Made by a program: the position numbers and the translations under genes. Under the pieces are notes generated by a model. It saw nothing but the letters and a program-made list of their open reading frames with translations. It did no database searches and was not told the origin of the DNA. DNA of 62,754 nucleotides, counting the filler, from Sphacelaria rigidula (Eukaryota): assembly GCA_964200075.2 (NCBI GenBank). It is 4 parts of 4 records of this genome, joined end to end, with 100 filler letters (N's around TTAATTAATTAA, not from the genome) between each part and the next. Parts side by side here need not be neighbours in the genome. Positions count along the whole stretch, not along the records: positions 1 to 15,616 come from CAXNAA020001669.1; 3 more parts are not named here. One strand, written 5' to 3'. Of this stretch, positions 1 to 12,100 are shown in pieces (position 1 is the first letter of the stretch; each line of letters begins with the position of its first letter).

Positions 1-238
1 GGATGGGGGGTAAATGGTCTTATGGCCATGGAATGCATGACCATGAGTACCCCCCCCCCCCCCCCGCCCCGTATCGTAGGATGTCTCAGGGGTGCACTTT
101 TGTGGCCAAGACCTGTCTCAGGTATGTTAACGTAATGAAACTCAACAATGATTCATCATATTCAAATATTTTGCGGGACATGTACCCGCACCGGACATGT
201 CAGACCTAAGATGTGAGCGCTTACGTCTCATGGTATAC

Positions 239-833
239 GAGGGGAGGCAGCCAAGAAACCTGCATTCCTTCGTTCCACGATGAATTTCTCACTTTCCCGA
301 AGCAGCCCGACGTGCAGAATATCGCTGCGAACTGCAGATTCATCTGCTGACGACACGCTCTGCGTCTGGGAAAAATCAAATGAAACGAATGTACTCCACA
401 CGGCCTCAACTACCGAACCAGAATATGCAAAAAAATTCATGACAAGATTCGAACTCGTGACCTTCCGCCAGTGTAAAAGTCTTCTGTGCCAAGTTATACA
501 ATGGGGTGCAGCGGTGTCACACAAAACGTGGAATGCCCTGCCCATTTCTAGGGGCTTCAAACCGAATTTTTACAAGAACCTTCCGCACGCGAGTTACCAA
601 TTCTTCATGGAAGCAGCCAGATTTTTGTTGTCTAATGGAAGTATCACAGTTTTATTTTTCCTCAATAACTTCAGATCGCTATAGCTTTCTGTTTTCTTCC
701 GTCTCGGCTGCTTCATTTTGTTCCCGCTTTTTGATGATATTAATCTCGTGTCAAAACTTCATTGCTCCACTTCAGAAATTAGGTGGGGCAAAACTGTTTA
801 ACCCCCGATAGAGATTCTTTGCTGGCCCAGCTC
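239..833. mobile_element. ~600-bp non-autonomous DNA transposon (GAG..CTC termini), copy 1
   Basis: The right end GCTGGCCCAGCTC is at 821-833, with a degenerate left end GAGGGGAGGCAGCCAAGAA at 239. The interior (e.g. GCAGCGGTGTCACACAAAACGT) matches the reverse complement of 36843-37452. No TSD is evident. Confidence 0.55.
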
Positions 834-2845
834 GTAGTGTATTAGCCCCAACGTAATCGGGAAGCTTGTATGGTCCATTCAAGATGCGTTTGCCTAAACT
901 TCAGCATTCATATATTGAATAGTATTAAGGTTATCACACCTTTTCGGAATGCATGAAACACATTGCTGGGAAGATTTTCATTTCAGATGGGTATGACCAT
1001 CGTGAGACTTAGGTTTTCGACGTCAGCTTCGATTTATCCACTGCCCAAACCAAACATGATGAAAATATTGGAGCCCGACAGGAAGGTCATCTCTGTTTGG
1101 TAAATCAGATTTGAGCGCGTATCGTCAACGACTGCATGTCTGCCGAAGGATCATCTCGTTTCTGCTGTTTCATTTCTTCAAGCCCGATATGGGTGACAAC
1201 TCACAAAATGTCGGCTTCCGCCAGTGGAAATTTTAGCGTAAAGTTGGCACCATGAATGCCGAGAAACTCCTTTAAGTTGGCCGAATTGAACTCAACGCCA
1301 CAACAATTTGTTTTTGTGATGTAACAAGTTGCGGGCCGAGGTATCGCACGTCTTACTTTTGGGGGGGGGAAGAGGGATTGATTCCCTTGTCCCCCGTATA
1401 CTTCTTGGATTTTGCATTTTCGCCATATCCTCGTAGACGCCACCGGGAGTATACAATACTCCTCATTTTGCCTATCTCGGCGATGTTTGCCTTCAAGAAT
1501 TCGTTGAATAGTTACCAAAATGTTAGCTATGTTGGTTTTCATTTTCATCTCCGATTGCTTAACTGTCTTGGATCAGGAATTACCTCCGCGTGGCTACTAT
1601 TGTTTTTATTTTACAACGGGCGTTTCTCGTCCTGGCCGCGCGATCTATTTGTGCTAGCTGTTGGTTTGCAACTCTCAAACATTTACGGAGAAATTACGTC
1701 ACCGCGTTGACGCTAGCTTGTGTTGCACGGACTGTACTTCCTCTGTCCCTTAACTCAAAGCCTCCAGGCTTACAAGAAGCGTTCACACCAACGCCTAAAG
1801 TTGGTATCGCTGGAAAGACATGGCGTAGGGAAAACCGACGAAAAAAAAGAAACAAAAAGGTATATTTTGGGTCCAAAATTCGGGTCGAGAATGAATGACC
1901 AACTTTGGCACCATTTTGGGAATTTCTCGGGATTTTTACTTCGGGAGTCGACGACTTCAGGGTCGAGCGCGCCGGAGTAAAGGCGCGCCAGAGAGCAGGA
2001 ACGTTGCCAAGGCCAGGAACATTGCCGAGGGAGGTCGCGTACAATGAACGAACCTTTGAGAAAGCAGCTTGGGAGTACTTAGCATCAAGGTTCAGCGACG
2101 CGGAGGACGACACTTTCAGAAACTATTTATTTTTCTTCGATTATTTTCTCGTTTTTTGCAAGGATCACTTCGATGAGGTTTCCACGTGGGATTCACCGCG
2201 GTAAAATCGCGGTAGTCGGTACGTGGTGTGTTTCCAGGGCAATTCGGAATTACCATCGCCATCCAGACCGTCACCAAGCATGTGAAGTTCTCCCACTGGC
2301 ATCCAAGTCGCTGCCGAGCTCGTCATAATGTCCCATTCTCATCCACGCTATTACAGCGTGAATATTGGCATTCTTGTGGTTTACGTTATTTTCAAACAAA
2401 TACCGCGGAACTATGTTGCTCTGAGCTACCGTACACTTCTACGAAATGGATCACCGTCACCGATAGTCAGTCAGATTACGTTACCTCAGTAGACCAATGG
2501 CTGTACAATTCCAAAGAATAGGTCGCAGATGACTCCTCACCAGACCGCTTTGGATTATGCTTTCTGCTCTTCTTTTTTTTCGGCTATTCCTTTTTTTCTC
2601 TTCTTAAACGGAATTTTACAGTTTCTAGTTCTCTTTGATATTCCTGGACGTAGACCTGGAGTGAGCTCGACGTCTTTCGTCTAGCTGCGACAGTCTCCCT
2701 GGGGTCATTGGGCTAGGCTTTCCTTTGAGTTTTGCAAACAACAGATCCACGACGGTTTCGTGTTGTTTTGATGTCTGGGAATAATTTATAGCCGTGGGTT
2801 GCCACACGCTGAACAAAAACACACAAAACAATGCCGTGCATTTCC

Positions 2846-3080
2846 GTGGTGGCTGATTCCCGTACCGATGAGTACCAGTATTGCCCGTCACCATCCGGAA
2901 ATGACTGTGCACTACCCTGGTGGCTGGTTCCTGTACCAGTGAGCACCAGGGTGAACAATCACAATATGGAAATGACCGTGCACTACCCTGGCGGTTAGTT
3001 ACCATCTCGATAACTACCTTGCGTTACCATGGTGACTACTTCCTCTACTGATGAGTACCAGGGTGATCAGTTACCATACA
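2846..3080. repeat. degenerate ~71-bp tandem repeat (about 3 copies)
   Basis: The unit GGTGGCTGRTTCCYGTACCRRTGAGYACCAG...GGAAATGACYGTGCACTACCCT recurs at about 2848 and 2919, and partially at about 2990 and 3031. Confidence 0.7.
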
Positions 3081-3789
3081 AAAGTTACCATACATAACCA
3101 TTGTGGATGGATACCCTCATAAACGTTACCGACCTCAGAATGGCATGCCGACGTGAGTTTTGTTTTCCTTGACCCCGGAATCGAGTCGAATCATGGTCTA
3201 TCGAGGCAGACTGGTCTTTTCCCGACCGTTCGACCGCGTGGTGGGAACAGTGAGGGTGAAAAAGGAATGGGCGTCGAACCCAACAAACGCTGAAGGAAAC
3301 GATGGAAAAATAGTAATTACAATCGGACGCGGTGAAGGGCTCGTGTGAACCGAAAGACCGTAGCTTATGGGACACAAGAAGCAAAAATAAACTCCGAGCT
3401 GGAGGATACTAACTCTCACCCTCACCATAATTCCTATTTGGGGTTATCCTGTGCGGAGGAGTTTGGGTTTCTTGTCTGGCTCAGCTCGTACACCATGTAA
3501 ACTACCCAGTGTGCATTAGAATCACAACCTCATTTCCCGAATGTCTGGTCTGTTAGTGGCTCAACGGTCGACGAATCGTCCTCGTGTTGCCAGGTACGTG
3601 GGTTTGTTCCCCAGGCCGAAGATTTGCTCGACATATTGCTCTTTCTTTCATTTGTTGTGCATTCATACAGCCCCGTGGCGAGTGCGCTGCGCGGTGAAAA
3701 AAATACGATTAACCCTCCACAGGGTGGCAAAACACTATGGAGGTGCTCTAAGGGGTGCTATCTATCCAGGTGCGGAGATTCAGATATTG

Positions 3790-4210
3790 ACTTGAAGGTT
3801 CACCTTCAACTCTGAGCTCGAAGGTTTCGAGCTGAAACTCAAACGATCGGTCAACTCGGAGGTTCAAACTTCGACGTGAATGTGGAACCGTCCTATTGAG
3901 ATTCTCAACTCGAACCTTCAACCTGAAGGTGGAATTGATGTCAAACCTTCAAAATTAAAGGTCGACTTTCGAGTTGAACATTCAAAGTGTTAGACATGTC
4001 AGGCTTCCGTCTTGGACGGACGTTCGACCTGAAGTCCGTGACGAATGAACGTCAAAGAGGAACGTCCTGATGAAGGTTGGATTTCAAGGTCGAAAGTCCC
4101 ACGTCGAATCTTCCTCTTCCAATTCGAATCTTCACGTGGACGTTAGACTCCTAGTTTGAACCTTGACTTTGAGGGTCGAACGTTCAAGTAAGTGGAATTA
4201 GCCGTCAGCT
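3790..4210. repeat. degenerate minisatellite-like region
   Basis: Short motifs GAAGGT/ACCTTC, TTCAAC and TCGA recur densely in both orientations. Confidence 0.45.
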
Positions 4211-5227
4211 TGAAGGTCGAGCAGTCGCGGAACCATCGGAATGACCACCCACCCTCCCTCATACCTGCTGCCCGGCCTAAATACTTCCTGGAAGTTCACG
4301 TACTGATTCGGGAAGCGATTTGAGAAGGTTCCGACAATTTCTACGACAAGTCGGGAGCTATGACCCCTTTCTCTCCCCTCGCTTGAAAGGACCACCCTTC
4401 CCTCGACATATAAAACCATAACTCCCTTTAAGGAATCTCGCACGCTGCGCACGATGTTCACGGTTGGGGATACGAGGGATGCTTGTAAAACCACGCAATG
4501 GACTACTTTGCCCTAGGTTAGACAGTGTTGTTCATTTGCTTCATCATTTTACTGCCTGCTGCACGTCGTTAAGCGATTTCGGAAGAGCTTCTTCATTTCT
4601 CTTTGGTGCGAATAATTCAATGTTGGAAGGAGATTTAACTGAAGAGGGGGGAGGGGGAGAGTGGTGTTTCCGCCCACGGGAGTGCTATTATCATGCCACG
4701 CTGTAATAGCGCGCCCCCTCCCCACCCCACAATTTGAATTCCCCCCGCCAGAATCACGAATGCCTCAGCAAATGATTGCACGAATGAACTGCATGAACAA
4801 AGGTGCCATTCGGCTGAGGTGCGGAAAATGAGCCATAGAGTCGTGCCTCATGAACAGCAGTTGCGGAATATGCACCATCGTAGAGGGTCATGGCGCATGG
4901 AACTGTGGCCGGGATAATGTACATTTGATTTTGATCACACCGGTAATAGGCGAGAACACTATCAGTTTGATATTCACGTAAGAATGGTATAACTGCAACT
5001 ACTTAAACGTTTGTGGTGAACGCATTTTGTGAAGCCGTCTGACATTCCAGCTCAGCACAGGAGCAGCTGACGCTCACATATTTCACCCAATGACGCCAGT
5101 CTCTCTGGAACAACCCTGAGTCTCTGAAAATTAAAACCACCATGAACTGCCTGTCTTTTCAGATTTTCCAACTGAACGGACATCGCGTGCTGCTTCAGGA
5201 GGTTTGGTTCTGAAACCGACGCACAAT

Positions 5228-5482
5228 GAGTCATCCTACGATAGGAGGGGGGGGTATTTTGGGCCATTTCTTGCACGAAATTCCAAGTCAAATCGTCCTT
5301 GAAAGGAGCAACCGTTGCTCGAACGAGCTTGCTATATATATACACGCTCGTTCATACCGATTGACACCGTTTTGAACCGAATGCAAGCGCACCGCGAGTG
5401 TGGCATGTCGTCTGACACACTTTTGAGTATATTTTTTCGTGCAATCAAATACCCCCCACACACACCTATCGTAGGATGACTC
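5228..5482. mobile_element. MITE with GAG..CTC TIRs and 4-bp TSD (Sola2-like)
   Basis: TIRs are GAGTCATCCTACGATAGG / CCTATCGTAGGATGACTC. CAAT is duplicated at 5224-5227 and 5483-5486. Confidence 0.85.
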
Positions 5483-5937
5483 CAATCAGACACCACGTCT
5501 AGGGGTTCTAATTCATACCTATTCGCTACGAACGCAGCACGCGTTGGTGGAGCGCTGGGCCTAGATCATCGGGTAGCCAGCTCTGAGCCTTGTCAAGGTA
5601 CCAGACACATGGTGGTTGATAATCGTGTTCGTCTTACAGCGTGCATGCGATCGGAACGGTTGCCTCTCTGAAACGTGGTGCAGAAAGAAAATACGTGATG
5701 GAATCTTTCTCACGAGACGTTTACTTGTATTCATCTATTATTGGTTATTCGAATAATTGTGGTACATGAAGTGATCCGCTACGAATACAGCCGCGAACAC
5801 AAGGTATGGGTACCCCGAGGTAAGTAGATGAGCAAAAACTCGCTGAAGGAAAGTCGAGGAATGGGAGAAATGGAATAGAAAGAAAAGGGATTAAAACAGT
5901 GAGCTGCAGAAAGAGAGAATCATGGAGGGAGTAAGAT

Positions 5938-6032
5938 CAAGATAGATAGATAGATAGAGAGAGAAAGAGAGAGAGAGAGAGAGGGAGAGAGAGAGAGAGA
6001 TTAAAGAGGAACAGAAATGAGAGAGAGAGAAG
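5938..6032. repeat. (GATA)n/(GA)n microsatellite
   Basis: Read directly from the sequence. Confidence 0.95.
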
Positions 6033-6919
6033 AAAATCGCCGGGCAAAGACCTATTACCGGTTCCGAGGAAACGCTTGTAGTACTTAGGATACTCGTACA
6101 TCACTGGCGTACAGTCACTGCCGTAGTGTCTGAGGCCATGTGCTTGAAGCTCACTACGACAGATCACTTGGACGCAAACATCAGCGTGCCCGCCGATAAC
6201 ACCACCACGGTCGCAGTGCCGGTCACCACAAGGCGCACGTCACGCCTTTTCCGGAGGGAGCCCGTGAGCCAGAGGGCGTGGAACACCTCGTGTGTTCCAG
6301 TTTTTGCCACGGCGTTCGTGCTACTCAGAGCCAGTGTGAAGGCCGCATCAATGAGGGGTGGTCAAGAGGTATCTCGCCTTGAGATATAATCAACGATGGT
6401 CTTGAAACAACTACGGTCACCGCTGGACATTTTGTCTGGAGAGAAGGTGGGGAGAGGAGTACAGCCATAGAAAACGGTGTGCGTGTGTCCTTTGATGTGT
6501 GTAGAGGAGAAGCGTGTCTCTAGATACAGCAAAAGCTAACCCTCCCAATCCGACCGTACCCTAGAACTTGCCTTCTCCTTTTGACCCGACTAAACGTTTC
6601 TGAATAGCCCCATGTCTTACAAACACATCGGTGCGTGTCATGTGAGCTGTATAGGTGTTGGTGGGGAACTACAGGTGGTGGGGGTATTGAATGATGCATT
6701 CATTGTCGCACCTTGACTGACCCCCCATCGATCCAACCGTGGTCACATGATAGACGCACTCAAGACAAAACAAAATTAAAACGCTTGCTGAAGAAAAAGA
6801 AGGAACAGAAGTTGCCAAATTGAATGACATAGTAGACTGAGACGTAAAAAAGTCAGGAAGAGCAAAGCACAGAAACAAATGGCCGGTATAGAAAAGAAAG
6901 AACACGGTATCATTATCAG

Positions 6920-7219
6920 TTTTTTATTGTCGCACGTTGAACCTCTCCCCTTTCTCGGGACGAGTCCGTGGTCTCAAGGGATCAACCCATTTTCTCCCCG
7001 GTACACGCCTTGCATTTGGTCTCGCGGTTTAGATCAGCACTTCCGCACCGCGTCAACTCACGTCAATTCAACTCAGTCGACCACTTTGTTCACTCACGTT
7101 CTCACGCTTTCTACGATGGAAATCACATACTACGGAGAAAAAACCCGGCACATCGGGAATCGAACCCTCGTTCTCTCCACCCTAATTGCGACAGTGGACC
7201 ATTTACACCACCGGGGCGC
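6920..7219 (-). mobile_element. tRNA-derived SINE, family A
   Basis: The minus-strand head GCGCCCCGGTGGTGTAAATGG...GAGGGTTCGATTCCCG carries Pol III A- and B-box motifs. The body (CTCAAGGGATCAACCCAT..GTACACGCCTTGCATTT) recurs at 16458-16676 and 38195-38510. Confidence 0.75.
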
Positions 7220-7792
7220 GGCAAAGGTATACAAGCTTAAATACCCCACCACCCCAGTCATGATGTTATCACCCCACCGCCCGCTATAGATCACCTACTG
7301 TGTTGTTTCGGCCAAACAAAAACGTCCCTAAATGCACACAGTCACATCGGTGCGTGTTCTGTGAGCTGTCGTGGTATTGTTGGCGAGATCAACGTGGTGG
7401 GGTATATCAAATACCTCACCGCCTCAGTCATGATGTCTTCACCCCACCGGTCGCTGCAGGCCAAGTCCTGAGTTACATCGGCCGAACGATACGTTTATGG
7501 ATAGTCCCATGTCACAACATATCGACGCTTGTTTCGTAAGCCGTCGTAGTGGTAGCGAGATCAAAAAGGATACACGCGTAGTGTCCTAGGCCAAGAGTGC
7601 ACTGGCAGAGCTCAAGTCAGTGCGTGTGGCGCCGACATGAGCCAAACGCGTGATGCGCACGCTGGGTGAGCGCTTTGGACTGTGAGTTGTGTAAATATCT
7701 GAATATTGCTGGAGTGCACTACTGGTAAATATTCTCAACCATGGAGTTTCGTCGCCGCGCTTGCGTGATTTCTGATGCCAACAGCAGTGTTC

Positions 7793-8122
7793 AAACCTTC
7801 TGACTGACGGTTGGGACGTGGGTTCGAATCTCGGTAAAGTCCCACGATGTAGCATGTTCCTCACATCACATCCAACGGTGAAGAGCGACCATGTCATGGG
7901 TACACAAAATTCGACTTCGCGGTCGACGAGGGAAAGGAACCACTGAACCGTTCTCACGACAAAAAGTAAGGCAAACACCGCAGAAGGAAGGGGGGGCGCT
8001 CAAACAAAGGAAAAATATGACTCCTGTTTTGGCCTTCCTCCTGTGTGACCCCGGCTGATGCGCCGACATATATCGAACGCTGTAGATTGGCGTCCAGAAC
8101 AGATGATATGGCAACACACAAA
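7793..8122 (+). mobile_element. tRNA-derived SINE, family B (5' truncated)
   Basis: B-box GGTTCGAATC at about 7821. The body GGGTACACAAAATTCGA..CCTCCTGTGTGACCCCGGCTG is shared with 45410-45755 and 51033-51396. CA-rich tail. Confidence 0.75.
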
Positions 8123-8558
8123 ACATCCACTCGACATGTCAACTTACATTAAGATGGGAACCAGGTCGTGTAACACTTCCAAAAATACAACTAACAGCTG
8201 GGAAGCGTGCATGAGAGACCTTCACAAATGGAAAATATTCACTTTTCCTCATCGCCTACAGTGGGTTCAGTTGGCTACTGCGAGACAAGCAGGTAGGCGT
8301 GGGCTCCCCGCGCTGAGGCGTACAGCTGCAGGGTGTGACTGTTGACGATCGCTTGTGTGACTTTACACGCAGCGAGCCCATCACCTTCTGTCAAACGTAA
8401 CCCTCTTCACGGAGACTCCCCCCCTCACCTTGTGCAAATGTATGGCGCATATACCATGCGCTGACAGGCCCACCATCGACAGGGAATCACTTACGGAAAA
8501 TGCTATCAACGGGCGAGCGTCGCCTACACCGCCGGACGGAGGGGTCTACATTACCGTA

Positions 8559-9180
8559 CAACCTCAATCTATGACATCATATCCGTCTGAGATATCGCAT
8601 CCCTCTGGTATGTCCATCTGGGACGTGGATATCCATGTGAGAGCAATGCTACGGTGGGGGTGCACTTTTTTCGCGAAATTCTGTTTGGCTCAGGGGCTCC
8701 TAACGATCCTTGACGCACAAGAATATGGGTCAGGGCATCCACGTTTGCAGATCCATTCGGGATATCCTCAGCACATTGGAATAGTCATCCTGGCGAACTC
8801 TCGCATATTTCCATAAGTCGTGTTTTGGATGGGATAAAGGGCTCCTAACAATTCCAACCTCAGAGAATAATTGCGTACCCCTACCGTAGCATCACTCGTG
8901 AACTATTTACATCCGTCAGGGTTATCCATCTGTCATGTTCATCCGGCATATCAGATTCATCTGCAGTATTCATCGGAACCTGGTACATTCCAGATGGCGA
9001 CCCACTCGAGATATGGATATCCATTTGAGACATCCGTCTCGGGTGCCCAACTGAGATGTCAGACATTTTTGGAATACCTTTCTGAACCTAGGGTATGGAT
9101 ATACATCCGAGACATCTCCTGGCATACATCGGATCTGAAGGCGTATTTGGACGTCCTTGAAGAACGAAGGTGAGGCTTTA
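8559..9180. mobile_element. minisatellite-containing element (AACCTCAATCT start), interrupted by a MITE
   Basis: Same AACCTCAATCT start and GATATC/CATCC/CAGATG units as 34242-34740. The right end is uncertain. Confidence 0.5.
8641..8897. mobile_element. MITE with GAG..CTC TIRs and 4-bp TSD (Sola2-like)
   Basis: TIRs are GAGCAATGCTACGGTGGGG / CCCCTACCGTAGCATCACTC. GTGA is duplicated at 8637-8640 and 8898-8901. Confidence 0.8.
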
Positions 9181-12100
9181 ATCCTGTTCCTGGTCTACGA
9201 CCAGAGCCTTGCTTTTAGCTGTCTTCGCCGCTACTTCACGGTTTCGCAACGATTGTCCCGTGAGCATAAAATAGTTACGCGTGGACCTCATAGACAAACC
9301 TAAGGGCGACGTGGACTGTTCATCCTAGATTCACGCGTGATATGGTTCTATTTGCACGCACAACCATGCGTGGTCATCCGTCGCCAAACCAATTGCCTAA
9401 CATCATATCCCTGAAGATCAGATCGGGTTTATTTTTTGCAAGTTCTTCTCCATCTCGCCGCGTAGTAAAATAGAAGCTGATTCCGCATAATTCTAGTCGT
9501 GAAGGGTACACTATTAATAGTGTACAGTAGACGAAAAAAAGCAATTGCTCAGGGGCATTTATGAATTGTACCCCGTTGTAGTAAAGGAAGGAATGACGGA
9601 GTCCAACTCACGGTCTCCACTTGCCCCCGCCATATCCGCACAAGGCGGTGTGGATCAGCGATATTGAAAGCATACTTTTGGGCAGAGCAGCTTTCGTGGC
9701 GTGAACGGACGATAACTCGATCCCCGGCTGGCTGCAGAAATAGCAAGATGGCTTCATTTCGTAGAATAAAAAAAATGTGGTACAAAATGAACGATTTCCG
9801 AGTGCTCAAAAGTTCACGTGTTTCATCGCCATAGATCAGTCATGCACAGTCATTGACTACACACTCTTGCTCACACGCACACATAGCTACAGTGGATACA
9901 AAGCCCACACGAACATCAGCGTCGGCCCGTTTGGTGCTGCGTCTCTAATAACCTGTTCCTACCTTCGATGAAACAAGCTGAAGGCACAACAAAGAACAGA
10001 AAACGTTAGAAGGCGCTCTGTCATGATCCGCCAACCGCGAGACGCGCATATACATGTAGAAACGGCAATATATAGAGATTGCGAACGGACATGAGTGCCC
10101 TTGCAAGCTACGCGCTCCGTGTCCAACCACGCTTCGTCACATATATCTACTTCGACGCACGCACCCCCGCAAGGCGACATACGCTGGCGTAAAGATGCCC
10201 AAACATTGCTCCAGACCAATCGCCAGCGTATAATATGCTTGTGGCCGAAGGGGTACCTTGAGACTAATGTCGCAACGTTCCATGCTCTGGTGGGGTTGTC
10301 AACGTGTCCACAAGGTGTGAATACGTTGCCCGCGTATCGCGACAACCTCACGTCACCGTTCTGGTGCCTTGATACGCGCTGATAACCACACAAAGCCGCT
10401 GCGATATTCGCCGCCCAAAACCGTTCTTCTCTGGCCACCGGTGTATACACATGCGTCTGGAGCCAGCAACCTCGACACTTTCCTGCCCGCTATACACCTA
10501 TACAGCAAAACCACGTATGCGCGAGTGCTGAAGATGATGCGTGCATGTTTTTTTTTCCCGAGCCTAGAAGCGACCGCGAACGATCATTGATGTAGAGTAT
10601 GCACAGTGACGAAGAAGCGAACCGAACCTGTCGCCGCACTGATCATATACATATTCAATAACGTCGCCCCACGTACGTCGAGTGTACGGCAGCAGCAGCA
10701 GCGACAACAACAACAACAACACACACACACGCACGCACGCACACACACGAATGCAGCACCATTACACCCCTACCAAAACAGTAGACGTGCATCAATCAGG
10801 TTGCACCCGCTTTTCGCCTCAGCGAGGCAATCAAACCGGCTCCCACTCGAAGCCCGTCCCTACAGATTTCCCGGAGTTCTACAAGAACCATATCCTACCG
10901 ACGTGAGGAAGAGGGGGACAAATGTTGCCGAAAATGACAACTTTGAGATCTTACCCGAGGCAGTAGAGAGTACTTAGAATGATGTTCACGACCAAATTCA
11001 GCGACAAGTCGGAAGCTCGGCGATTTATTGATCCGCGAAAATGGTCGTCTCGTGTCATATGCCCACGATTGCCGTTCTCAGGCCAGTCCCTCCCCTCCCA
11101 TACCGAAGAACAGTTCATTTCAAGTAGTGAATGATCCCGAAAGAGTGCGATCAGAATCCCGTGTCGTAAAACTGAAATATCACGCAACAATCAGGACGCC
11201 ATGAGCAACTAAACCTGAATCGGTCTTTGCTTTCCACGCATCGTGATGGACACTAGTCGGCCCACGAAAGCGGAAGGGAATACACCATGTGCATCCAACC
11301 TCGTCACATCTTAGCTTCCGGTCGAGGCACAACACATCACACTTGATACACAATTTATGCGCGTACTGAAAGTTACAGTGACCGCGGATTCTACCATTCG
11401 GCCTTGTCGACCTTTCAACTACTGCTGCCGCTGATTTGTTTGTTGATTTGTACTGAATGTACTCGAGGCCACAGATGGTACGGTACAGTAGAGGTACTGT
11501 CCTACTGCGCCCACCAGTGGTACAGTCATATTCTACTTGAGTGTGTTGAAGAAAATGAATGGGGTGGCAACACCACGCAACTTACCGCTCGATGACACTA
11601 CCTGCTGTAACAGAACAGCTAGGTGACCTGGAAATGCTGTAGTACATTTACGGCACGACTTGCAGCAAACAACACCCAATACATCATGACTAGCCATGCT
11701 TGGACTTCTACACACTTGCCGACTAACCGCAGGCTGCCCTCAGCAGTATCCCTCGACACTTCACGAAATCAAAGCCGTTGCCAAAAGATGGTGCAGCACC
11801 CTATCTTTTCATCTGTGAAAGGCCGATATCTATGTCGTATTGACACAGCCATACCGTTACCGCCGCCACAGCTGCTGCTGTCCGGTGTGGGGTGACACAA
11901 CTCCCAGTGATGTTATCGTGACGATAACGATGTTGAAGCTTGTCTCGAAAAAAACATACAAAATACTCGACGAATCGACATCATCAACGATTAATGCCAC
12001 AAGCCATCATACATCGCAGCCGACCTCGAAAAAAACACAGCGATAATTTGTACGTAAAACAAATGCTGAAAAAAAAACGTATTTTGTTGTACTGCTACTA

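Noticed and set aside
1905..2204. 99-aa ORF with protein-like composition
   Set aside because: No recognisable motif and no compatible neighbouring exons were found, so it cannot be supported without a search.
2846..3080. CRISPR-like repeat-spacer array
   Set aside because: The whole unit is repeated in degenerate form, with no unique spacers, in a eukaryotic context.
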